Program-made: the position numbers and the translations under genes
In this document: piece by piece, positions 45,465 through 55,100 of the stretch
Layout: each line of letters opens with the position of its first letter
How positions within the stretch are numbered: position 1 is the stretch's first letter
Assembly: GCA_002420145.1 (NCBI GenBank)
Contig: DIHL01000021.1
Location: 13,112-77,111 of the forward strand
Source of the DNA: Bacteroidetes bacterium UBA5697
Lineage (GTDB): Bacteria; Bacteroidota; Bacteroidia; B-17B0; Aurantibacillaceae
Direction: 5' to 3'
Length of the DNA: 64,000 nt
Notes under the pieces: generated by a model
What the model was told of the DNA's origin: nothing
Seen by the model: only the letters and a program-made list of their open reading frames with translations
Database searches by the model: none

Positions 45465-47438
45465 ATGCACAAATTTATATCCATTATATTTTTCTTGTCT
45501 CCTCTCTTCTTGTTTAGTCAAAATAGTTCTCAAATAGATTCGTTAACGTCTCTTATTGAAAATTCAAAAAACGACACCAATAAAATTAATTTACTTCACC
45601 AAATTGTTTCTTTATCTCAGGGTAGCGATCCTGCAAAGGCCATTGAATTTTCTTTAGAAGAAGTACGACTCAGTTTAATTTTAAAACATAAATTAGAAAC
45701 AAGTTATGATGACCTCGCTTGGTTATACAAAAACACTGGCGACTATGTAAAAAGTTTAAATATTTATTTTGAGGCTGAAAAATATGCTCAAAACTTTAAA
45801 TCTCCAAAAAAAGAAAAAATTTTAGCGGAAATTTATAATGGTTTATCGAGCGTTTATAGTAGACTTAATAATTACAATTTAGCTATTTCAACCTCTAATA
45901 AAGCTATTGAGTATTACACAAAAGTTAATGATACTTTAGGTATAGCTATCGCAAACCTTAATTTAGGCATGTATTTATATAATAAAGGTGATTATAAGAA
46001 TGCTTACTCTAAGTATAAAATTGCGGAGAATGATTTTATAAATCATAATGATTCTTTTTATTTACCCAGTTGTTATAATTGTTTAGGAGGTGTTACATAC
46101 CAACTAAAAAATCATAAAGAAGCGTTAAACTATTATAATAAATTTTATGAACTATCTTTGAAAAACAATCCTAATGATTTATATAATATTGCAGTTGCCT
46201 TGCAAAATATTGGGCAAGTAAATGCTGAACTAGGAAATTTTGAAGGTGGGATAACTAATTGTTTAGATGCATCAGATTTATTTATTAAACTAAATGATAT
46301 AAGAAACCTATATAATACATATGAATCTATCGCAAATTATTATACAAAAATCGGTGACTTCAAAACTTCTAATTTATATTATAGTAAATATGTTCACCTA
46401 AAGGATTCTATTTTTGATGATGACACTAAAAAAACCATTCATGAAATGTCAATTAAATACGAATCAGACAAAAAAGAACAGGAAAATCAGGTATTAACCT
46501 TAGGGAACAAAAACAAACAACTTACCATTTACTTTGCATTGGGCGGTTGCTTTTTATTATTAGGTCTTTTGTTTTTCATATTCAAAGGATATAAAAATAA
46601 ACAAAAAGCTAATAAAGAATTAGAGATTAAAAATGAAATTATTCAGCAACAAAAAACTATTGTTGAAGAACAACATGAAGATATTAAAGACAGTATTAAA
46701 TATGCGCAACGCATACAAGGTGCTATTTTACCACCAAAAAACATGTGGAAAAAAATTTTACCAAACTCTTTTTTATTATACATGCCAAAAGATATTTTAA
46801 GTGGGGATTTTTATTGGGTAGAAGAAACTAAAGATTACGTTTATGTGGCAGCAGCAGATTGTACTGGGCATGGTGTTCCTGGCGCTTTAATTTCTATTGT
46901 CAATTTTAATTTATTAAATAAAGCTGTTTTAGAGAAAGACCTTGTTACACCTTCAGAAATATTAGACGCCGTTAATATTTGGCTAACAGAAAGTCTTCAT
47001 CAAACTTATGGCGAAAGTGCTGTGAGAGATGGAATGGATGTGGCTTTAATTGCTATTCACAAACACTCTAACGAAGTATTATTTGCTGGGGCCAATAATC
47101 CCATTTATCATATTAGCAATGGGGAGCTTCACCAAATAAAAGGAGATAAATTTCCTGTAGGTGCTTTTATTGAAGATAAAATTCAAAAATTTACAACTAA
47201 ACGTTTTACAGTTGAAAAAGGAGATAGTATTTACTTATTTTCTGATGGTTATGCCGATCAATTTGGTGGACCAAAGGGGAAAAAATACAAATACGCTCAG
47301 TTCCAAGAAAAATTAAAAACAATACAAAACTTTCCACTTACTCAACAGCATGAAATTATGCGTAAAGAATTTTTAGACTGGAAAGGTTCTCACGAACAAG
47401 TAGATGACGTTTTGTTAGTTGGCATTAAAATAGCCTAA
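45465..47438 (+). CDS. TPR-repeat, membrane-anchored PP2C/SpoIIE-family protein phosphatase
   Basis: It has a signal peptide, about 7 TPR-like units and a TM helix (IYFALGGCFLLLGLLFFIF). The C-terminal SpoIIE domain reads SGDFYW...AADCTGHGVPGAL...SDGYADQFGG. Confidence 0.78.
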   Translation: MHKFISIIFFLSPLFLFSQNSSQIDSLTSLIENSKNDTNKINLLHQIVSLSQGSDPAKAIEFSLEEVRLSLILKHKLETSYDDLAWLYKNTGDYVKSLNIYFEAEKYAQNFKSPKKEKILAEIYNGLSSVYSRLNNYNLAISTSNKAIEYYTKVNDTLGIAIANLNLGMYLYNKGDYKNAYSKYKIAENDFINHNDSFYLPSCYNCLGGVTYQLKNHKEALNYYNKFYELSLKNNPNDLYNIAVALQNIGQVNAELGNFEGGITNCLDASDLFIKLNDIRNLYNTYESIANYYTKIGDFKTSNLYYSKYVHLKDSIFDDDTKKTIHEMSIKYESDKKEQENQVLTLGNKNKQLTIYFALGGCFLLLGLLFFIFKGYKNKQKANKELEIKNEIIQQQKTIVEEQHEDIKDSIKYAQRIQGAILPPKNMWKKILPNSFLLYMPKDILSGDFYWVEETKDYVYVAAADCTGHGVPGALISIVNFNLLNKAVLEKDLVTPSEILDAVNIWLTESLHQTYGESAVRDGMDVALIAIHKHSNEVLFAGANNPIYHISNGELHQIKGDKFPVGAFIEDKIQKFTTKRFTVEKGDSIYLFSDGYADQFGGPKGKKYKYAQFQEKLKTIQNFPLTQQHEIMRKEFLDWKGSHEQVDDVLLVGIKIA

Positions 47439-48610
47439 ACATTGCGTTTGGGAGGCTCCCAAGCACTTTCATTGGTGGCTGAAATAAATTTTATATAACC
47501 AATCAATAAAGCAAAATTCATTAAAATAAAATGACCTAATGAATTTACTAAAGGTAATTTAATGTTTACTTTCTCTAAGTAGATAGTTAATGCTGGCAAT
47601 ACTATCAACAAGCTATACCCCAAGCTTACAAGAATAAAAAAAGAGAAATAAAAACTCACTGCATACGATAAAAAGAAAGAAAACACTAAAGCAAAAGGCG
47701 TAAACCAACGCAATACTTTGTGAGAGAAAAAAGCAAAACCAAAACCTTGATGAATAGGAAACAATAAATGTTTGTAAAATTTTAAGTTTCTAAAATTACC
47801 TAATGAAATTCTTATTTTTCGTTTAAACTCTATCATCGGAGCATCGTTCACATCTTCATAACAAACTGCTTCGGGCTCAAATAACACTTTTCCTTTTTTC
47901 TCAATCACATCTAGAGTGATAAAAAAATCATCCATTAAAAAACCATCAGGTACTTTCACAAAACTAGATTTTAAAATAGCATAACAGCCTCCTTCTACTC
48001 CCACACAAAAACCATATTTTAAACTCTCGTGATATTTTAATTGATTTTCGAAATTCATGTAAAAAATTTCTTGATCAGAAATACCTTGATTTTTAGGGGA
48101 GAATTTTAAAATATTTCCACACACCATTTTTGCATCCTTCGCAATTAAATTATACACTAAAGCTTTTAAAGTCAAGGGCTCAAAAAACACATTGGCATCC
48201 GTAAACACTAAATGTTCTGTAGATGTCATATCTACTAATTCATTAATAATTTTTAGTTTACCGTTACGAGTTTCTTTTTTTATTAATGTGATGTTTGAAT
48301 TTTGAGCAACAAACTCTTCAATAATTTGATGCGTTTGATCAGTTGAATTATCGGAACCTATTAAAATTTGTAATTTATCTTTTGGATAATCTGAATTTAA
48401 AAGTGATTCTAACTTTCTTCTGATGACTTTTTCTTCGTTAAATACAGAAAACACAATCGTTACAGAAGGCCATTCGGTAATTGACGAATAATTGTTTTTT
48501 GAACGAATAATATTCATGACTGATAATTTCATATACCATGGAAAAATCACATAGCTGAATATTGGCACCAATAAACACAACAAAAAAAGTATCAGAAAAA
48601 AATAACCCAT
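47435..48610 (-). CDS. Membrane-bound family 2 glycosyltransferase
   Basis: It has an N-terminal TM helix, a GT2 core (VTIVFSVFNEE...GSDNSTD...TDAN) and C-terminal TM helices. Confidence 0.72.
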   Translation of the reverse strand: MGYFFLILFLLCLLVPIFSYVIFPWYMKLSVMNIIRSKNNYSSITEWPSVTIVFSVFNEEKVIRRKLESLLNSDYPKDKLQILIGSDNSTDQTHQIIEEFVAQNSNITLIKKETRNGKLKIINELVDMTSTEHLVFTDANVFFEPLTLKALVYNLIAKDAKMVCGNILKFSPKNQGISDQEIFYMNFENQLKYHESLKYGFCVGVEGGCYAILKSSFVKVPDGFLMDDFFITLDVIEKKGKVLFEPEAVCYEDVNDAPMIEFKRKIRISLGNFRNLKFYKHLLFPIHQGFGFAFFSHKVLRWFTPFALVFSFFLSYAVSFYFSFFILVSLGYSLLIVLPALTIYLEKVNIKLPLVNSLGHFILMNFALLIGYIKFISATNESAWEPPKRNV

Positions 48611-48613
48611 TTC

Positions 48614-49783
48614 TTATAACGTATTCTCGACTTCGCTCGAACTGACAGAAGAATAATCCTTAACGATATTGTATAAAGTATCTCTTTCTACCGGTGTACG
48701 TTTCACTTGAGTAATTAAATCAACTAATTCCTGAGTAGTTAGTTTTGGATTTTGTTCCTCAGCACCAGCCATACTATAAATTTTTGTTGTATCATCAATG
48801 GTTCCATCCATATCATCTACTCCAAAATTTAAAGACAATTGAGCAGTGCTTCTTCCAATCATTGCCCAATAAGCTTTTATATGATCAAAATTATCTAAGT
48901 AAATTCTGCTAATGGCATAATTTCTTAAATCTTCTATCACACTTACTTCAGGCACATCCGACATATCATTATTTCCATTTCTAAATTTCAAAGGAATGAA
49001 CGCATTAAAGCCTTTTGTTTTATCTTGTAACTGACGTAATCTTTCTAAATGATCTACACGATGTGCGAACGTTTCTATGTGTCCGTACAACATCGTCGCA
49101 TTTGATTGCATTCCCATGCCATGCCAAATTTCATGAATGCTTAACCATTCTTCGGCACTACATTTTCCACCAGCAATTTTATCTCTAATTTCTTTATCAA
49201 AAATTTCGGCGCCACCACCAGGCATCGAATCTAAGCCTGACTCTTTCAATAACTTCATACCTTCTTCGTAAGTTACTTTAGCTTTTTTAAAGATATAATG
49301 ACATTCTACTGGGGTTAATGCTTTTACATGCAAATCAGGACGATGAGTCTTAATTGCTTTGAATAAAGACGTATAAAAAGTTAAATCTTGTTTTGGAATA
49401 ACACCACCTGTAATATGAACTTCGGTAACATGTTGTCCATCATATTTTTTAATCAAGTCCATCATTTGCTCAATGGATAATTCCCAACCTTCTTCGCGTT
49501 GTTTTATTAAACGAGAATAAGCACAAAACGAGCACGTGTAAACACAAATATTTGTTGGTTCAACATGAAAGTTGCGATTAAAAAAAACAAAATTCTTGTT
49601 CTTTTTTTCTCTTACATAATTAGCTAAAGTGCCTAAATAAGAAAGATTAGCATGCTCATATAAATAAACACCTTCATCAAAGGTAATACGTTCGCCTTTA
49701 AATACTTTTTTAGCAATGTTTTTTAATTCATTACTTAATTGAGAAGATTGTAATATTAATTGTTCAGGGTTTTCTAAAATCAT
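48614..49783 (-). CDS. Radical SAM enzyme of the futalosine menaquinone pathway (MqnE/MqnC, CofH-like)
   Basis: The CxxxCxxC cluster is NICVYTCSFCAY. The 389-aa length and overall sequence resemble aminofutalosine synthase. The last ~9 codons and the stop come from a family A repeat. Confidence 0.7.
   Translation of the reverse strand: MILENPEQLILQSSQLSNELKNIAKKVFKGERITFDEGVYLYEHANLSYLGTLANYVREKKNKNFVFFNRNFHVEPTNICVYTCSFCAYSRLIKQREEGWELSIEQMMDLIKKYDGQHVTEVHITGGVIPKQDLTFYTSLFKAIKTHRPDLHVKALTPVECHYIFKKAKVTYEEGMKLLKESGLDSMPGGGAEIFDKEIRDKIAGGKCSAEEWLSIHEIWHGMGMQSNATMLYGHIETFAHRVDHLERLRQLQDKTKGFNAFIPLKFRNGNNDMSDVPEVSVIEDLRNYAISRIYLDNFDHIKAYWAMIGRSTAQLSLNFGVDDMDGTIDDTTKIYSMAGAEEQNPKLTTQELVDLITQVKRTPVERDTLYNIVKDYSSVSSSEVENTL
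48624..48648 (-). repeat. Family A repeat arm embedded in the 3' end of the Mqn-type CDS
   Basis: TTCTCGACTTCGCTCGAACTGACAG. On the coding strand it reads S-V-S-S-S-E-V-E-N. Confidence 0.85.
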
Positions 49784-49815
49784 GGAGTAAAGTTACAATT
49801 ATTAAAATTTATCTT

Positions 49816-50826
49816 CTAATAATTAGCTTTTTTTCCTATTCTATTATAATAATCAACAATTGGTTTATACGGACCGTATTTATGTTGAGATTCAGAAAAT
49901 GAATCCAAATATGGGCCTTTATCATAATCAATAGGCTTATGGCTTAAGCTTGGGTAATCACTATCCGTAACAGGAACAGGTCTTTTATGAATCGTATCAT
50001 TATTTATAAATGCCACCACATCATAGGCTTCTTCAATGGTTAATTTAGGATTATTGTACGTAGCAATTTTGTTTGGCATATTGGCATAAACAAAAGGTGC
50101 CATTTTAATTAAGCGATGAACACTGCTACCCGATTGGTAACTTTTGTCGCCCCATAACGGGGGATATTCATAACATACATTATCAGCTCTCATTTTCCCT
50201 TCTCCATTAGCTCCATGGCAAACTAAACATTCTCTTTTATACACTTCCTCGCCTTTTTTAGGATCTGCTGCCCTTGTGGGAAAATCTATTTTAATAGGGC
50301 CATCGCCTGCAACATGACCATTTACTGGAACATTTTCACCTAACCATTTCATGTAAGAGATAATCGCAATCATTTCTTTACTATCAAGTGGTAAATGCTT
50401 TCCAATATGAGGTCTTTCAATACAATTATTTACTCTATCTGATAGTGACAAAATTTTGTTTTCTCGTGCGCGATATTGAGGATACCTAGCATGTGTACTA
50501 TAAAAATTTAAGGCGTATGGTTTTGTTCCAGCATCTAAATGACAATTGGTACAATTCATTTTATTACCTAAAAACTTGCCAACTTTTCCTTCTGGTCCAA
50601 TATAATATGCTGTATTAATAATTAATTCTCTTCCATATCTTACAATATCTCCAAACTCATCATGAGGAATAGTACTAGTATCTGGTGCAATCCAAAGAGT
50701 TGTTTTAAAAACACTATCTTTTGAATTATTTATCACTAAATTGTTATTTTCTTTTATATACTCTGAATCATTGCATGAAAAAAATAAAGAAAAAGGAACA
50801 AGAATACATATTTTTTGAATCATCAT
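49816..50826 (-). CDS. Di-haem c-type cytochrome lipoprotein (TsdA/SoxA-like layout)
   Basis: It has two CxxCH motifs (CTNCH, CLVCH) and the lipobox LFFSC. A conserved-looking Cys lies 39 residues after the first haem His (RVNNCIERP). Confidence 0.65.
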   Translation of the reverse strand: MMIQKICILVPFSLFFSCNDSEYIKENNNLVINNSKDSVFKTTLWIAPDTSTIPHDEFGDIVRYGRELIINTAYYIGPEGKVGKFLGNKMNCTNCHLDAGTKPYALNFYSTHARYPQYRARENKILSLSDRVNNCIERPHIGKHLPLDSKEMIAIISYMKWLGENVPVNGHVAGDGPIKIDFPTRAADPKKGEEVYKRECLVCHGANGEGKMRADNVCYEYPPLWGDKSYQSGSSVHRLIKMAPFVYANMPNKIATYNNPKLTIEEAYDVVAFINNDTIHKRPVPVTDSDYPSLSHKPIDYDKGPYLDSFSESQHKYGPYKPIVDYYNRIGKKANY

Positions 50827-50898
50827 CTTATTATTAAGTATATCAAATTTGATACAAAAAAAATTCTAAAACAAGAATAAAAATTAATCAAAACTGTA

Positions 50899-50932
50899 AA
50901 AAAAAAGTCCTGCTTTTTCGCAGGACTTTTTT
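50899..50932. terminator. Bidirectional rho-independent terminator
   Basis: AGTCCTGC-tttttc-GCAGGACT flanked by an A-run and a T-run. Confidence 0.8.
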
Positions 50933-50948
50933 AAAGAAGAAAAAAATA

Positions 50949-51932
50949 TTATTTGTTTAATACTACTTTTTTAACTGATTTTTCTTTACCATTTGTAATA
51001 GTTACAAAGTAAACACCATTATTATTATTAGACAAATCAACTGAAATAGATTCAGAAGGTGTGAAGTTTTTGTTAGTTACAATTTGTCCGATAGCATTAG
51101 TAATTGTTACATTAACATCATTATTTGATTTTAATGTAATATTAAAAATACCATTAGAAGGATTTGGACTGATAGTAGCAAAATTAATTGCTAAATCTTT
51201 AACACCAGTAATAATTTCAGCGGTAACAATTGGAAAAATAGCTAAATCTGTAGAAGTGAATCCCCAACCAGCTGGAGAAGCAGTTGTAAATGATTGCCAA
51301 GAGTTATCTCCTAATTGTTCATTAGATCCATTTACTGTGTTCGCAGAACATCCATCATGAGTTTGAGCAACAATAACAGTATCTCCAGTTGCAGCATTAG
51401 TTGTAGAAAAATCTAAGGCAACGTGAAAAACAGTTGAAGTTAAATTAACTGCAGATGCAAATGCAAATGTTGTGTAAGTTGCAGTATTAACTGAAGATAA
51501 AAGAACTGGAATACTTGTACCTAATAAAGTACCAGGTAAACCAGATGCATCAGCATAAACCTTAGCTGTTACACTTCCTGTTCCAGTAACATAAGGAATA
51601 ATCATTGCTACGCCACTACAAGTTGCAGGTAAACCTAAAGTATAAGTAGCTAAATCATATTTTTGAGATTTAGCTTTATCTCCATAAGCATTTGTTCCAG
51701 CAACATATCCATCAGCGCCAGCACCGTAAGTAGTTACTGTACATCCTGAAGTTGCTCCAAAAGAAGCTGGTTGTAAAGCTGTAGTTGTAGGGGTAACAGC
51801 ACTATTAAGAACTGAAGGATTAAGTGCAGAAATTGATACATTTCTTGTTTCAGCTGTTTTATTAGCTTTTCCTTGTGCATTAGCAGTAATAGTTAACGCT
51901 AATAAACCAATAATTGAGTAAATTTTTTTCAT
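50949..51932 (-). CDS. Secreted protein with T9SS type A C-terminal sorting domain
   Basis: The signal peptide is MKKIYSIIGLLALTITANAQ. The C-terminus (ISPNPSNGIFNI...NGVYFVTITNGKEKSVKKVVLNK) is typical of Por_Secre_tail. The start is set at the internal ATG 51932. Confidence 0.78.
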   Translation of the reverse strand: MKKIYSIIGLLALTITANAQGKANKTAETRNVSISALNPSVLNSAVTPTTTALQPASFGATSGCTVTTYGAGADGYVAGTNAYGDKAKSQKYDLATYTLGLPATCSGVAMIIPYVTGTGSVTAKVYADASGLPGTLLGTSIPVLLSSVNTATYTTFAFASAVNLTSTVFHVALDFSTTNAATGDTVIVAQTHDGCSANTVNGSNEQLGDNSWQSFTTASPAGWGFTSTDLAIFPIVTAEIITGVKDLAINFATISPNPSNGIFNITLKSNNDVNVTITNAIGQIVTNKNFTPSESISVDLSNNNNGVYFVTITNGKEKSVKKVVLNK

Positions 51933-52111
51933 ATAGTTTTTTATAATTTTGAGTTTCCACAAATCTAATGTTTTTATCTTAAAAAACTTTAATTACAGAA
52001 TTTATACATTTTCTATAGTGCAAAATTCTTTAGCTTAATACTTTTAGTTATTTATTGTGGAAAAAATAGTTTTTTTACATCTATATACTAAAATATTTAG
52101 GTATATTTAGG

Positions 52112-52119
52112 TATATTTG
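52112..52119 (+). promoter_or_regulatory. -7 box TAtaTTTG for the giant gene (last unit of a 2.8-copy 10-mer tandem repeat)
   Basis: Exact TAnnTTTG match. It overlaps the TTG start of the ORF track at 52117, which argues for ATG 52165 as the real start. Confidence 0.45.
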
Positions 52120-52164
52120 ACATTGAATCTGAATCAAATTAGACATATCTTTCATACAAGTGGT

Positions 52165-55100
52165 ATGCGTTTAAGCTATTTATTCTTGTTTTTAGCAATT
52201 TTCTATTGCTCAGATTCTTATTCCCAAATAAAAAACGAAGACGATTTAAAAAAACAAGCCGAAAAACATTTTGAAGATGAAGATTATAATTTAGCCTATA
52301 AACTCTACGCACAATTAGTATCCTTATACCCAAAAGATCCTGAATATAATTACAGATTAGGTGTTTGTATGCTTTATACAGAACCTGACAAAAAGAAGCC
52401 TTACTCCTATTTACAAATTGCCACTAAAAATCCTGCAACTGCTCCAAAAGACGCCTTATTTTATCTAGCCAAAACCTATCACATCAATTATCGATTTGAT
52501 GAAGCAATAAAATTATATACAGATTATAAAAAAATAGGTAGCTCTTCTTCTATCAAAAAATTAGAAGTTGATAGAGAAATACAAGCTTGTAAAAATGGTA
52601 AACGATTATTATCGAATTTATCAGATTTAGTAATCATCAGCAAAAAACAATTAAACGAAGCAGATTACTATAGAGGCTACGACGTGAAAGAAATTGGTGG
52701 AAAATTATTAGTAAAACCCGACGATTATAAAACAGGTTATGATAAAAAGAAAAAAGACAAATCCGTTGTATATCTTCCAAAAAGTGGCGAAAGGCTTTAT
52801 TACTCAAGTTACGGAGAAGGAGGAAGCAATGGAAGAGATATTTATTTTGTAAACAGATTACCTAACGGCAGTTGGAGTAAAGCACAAATATTACCTTCAT
52901 CTATTAACACAGAATTTGACGAAGACTACCCTTTTTTACATCCTAACGGTAAGACACTTTACTTTAGCTCTAAAGGTCATAACAGCATGGGTGGTTACGA
53001 TGTATTTAAAACTACATATGATGACGGCACTCAATCTTGGAGTAAACCAGAAAATTTAGAATTTCCTATCAACTCACCCGACGATGATATTTTATTTGTA
53101 ACCGACTCTCTTGAAAAAACAGCTTTCTTTAGTACTGGTAGATACAGCCCCTATGGAAAACTAGATGTTCTAAAAGTAAACACCGAACGTCGACCAATGA
53201 ACTCTGCAGTGATTAAAGGAACTGTAGTTAAAGAAGATGCAAATCAGAGTTTGAAATCAAAAATTACAGTTAAGAATATGGCCAATGGAGAAATTGTTGG
53301 CACATTTCAAGCAGCAGATAATGGCGATTACAATATGGAATTACCTAACGGTGGAAAATTCTTATTCACTGTTGAAACGCCTGGAATTAATACACAATCA
53401 GATGCCGTTAATATTCCAGTGGCTTATACATTAAAACCGTATAAACAAATGATTGCTTATGAAAATAAAATTCTAAAAATCACGAATTATTTTGATGGAA
53501 AAGTAGATGATGAAAACTACGCCATGATGATAGATTTTATTGAGAAAAAAGCTAAACTAGAGGTTAATGAAATGGAACCTTACAACAATAGCTTAATAAA
53601 GGATCCTAAAAATCAAAATGCGAATAACAACGAAAATAATTTAAATTCTGTTTCCACTAATAATCCAACAGCTCAAGGCAATGATGGAAACACTGTAAAA
53701 AACAACACTAACAAAAATGTTACAAACGAGCAATTATTAGAGATAGCTAAATCAGATGCCAAAGAAGCTAGCGACGAGGCTGCAAAATTAAAACAAGAAG
53801 CTCAAGATGCTTTTGGATTAGCTACTCAAAAAACAGCAGAGTCGGTTGAGAAACAAAAGGCTGCTGACGAAGCTTTAGCAAATGCAAATTCTATTTCGGA
53901 TGTTGTGAAAAAGAATGAAGAATTAACAAAAGCTAATCAATTAAAAGAAGAAGCTAAAATAGCCACTAGTGTTGCTAATACCGCTACCAACATGGCTAAA
54001 AAACTAGAAGTGGATGCTAGTATACAACAAAAAGAAGCTGATTTAACCAACCAATACATTAGTCAGTTAGAAGCTGTGACTAAAAACAAAAACAATAAAG
54101 AAGCTTTAACTAAGCTTGAAGAAATTCAAAAGGAATTAGATAATATATCGAAACAAAAAAATCAATCAGATGAGTTATTTACTTCTTTAAAAGCAGAATC
54201 AGAATTAAAACAACAAGAACTAGTCAATACACAAAAGAAAAACAGTTCTATTTCTAACGAAATCAATGCCATTAAAAATGAAACTGAAACTTTAGAAAAA
54301 GATTTAGCAAACGAAACCGATAAATCAATTAAAGAAAATATATCGGCTCAAATTAGAGAACTAAACAACGAAATTGAAATTAAGAATAAAGAGATTACTG
54401 CCAATAACCAAAAAATTAATACTCTACAAAATGAAGTAGACGGTGTTAACCAAGAATTATTAGTAGCTGCTAAAATTTTAAATGAATCTACGGAAGGCAT
54501 TAACGTTAAAAACAACAATATTGTTTATGACGAGAATAACAACAATAACGAAGTTTCCACTAATAACAACAATGCTAGCACTTTATCATACGAAGGCATT
54601 ACTAATAAATACAGTGATAAAGTAAACTCTCCTGTTGACAAAACAAATAAAGAAAGCATCACTCAACAAAATGAAGTTTACAAAAACTACAACAAAGAAA
54701 TTAGCGACTTAATTGCCCTAAATAAAAATGAAGTATCAAAAACAAAAGATGCGACTCAGAAAAAGAAATTAAACGAGGAAATAAAACAATTAGAAAAACA
54801 GAAAACAGAAAACGACAAAGCTATTGCTTTAAATAATACAACAATCAAACAATTAGACGCTTCCATAGCGAACAACAACAACGAATCTAATACAACTATT
54901 GTTTCTAATGAAACATCGAATAACAACAATGCTAATGCAACTAATACAGCTACTACAAATGCTGTTTCAAATAACAATGCTAATGAAGTAACAAATAATA
55001 ATGTTGCTGTAACTAATGCAACCGAAAACAACAATACATCAATTACCAATAATGTTATTTCAAATAATACTGAAACAAACAAAAACCAAGACCCAACTGT

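Noticed and set aside
52117-52164. TTG start of the giant ORF given by the track
   Set aside because: An exact TAnnTTTG promoter box overlaps this codon. The signal peptide begins at the ATG at 52165.
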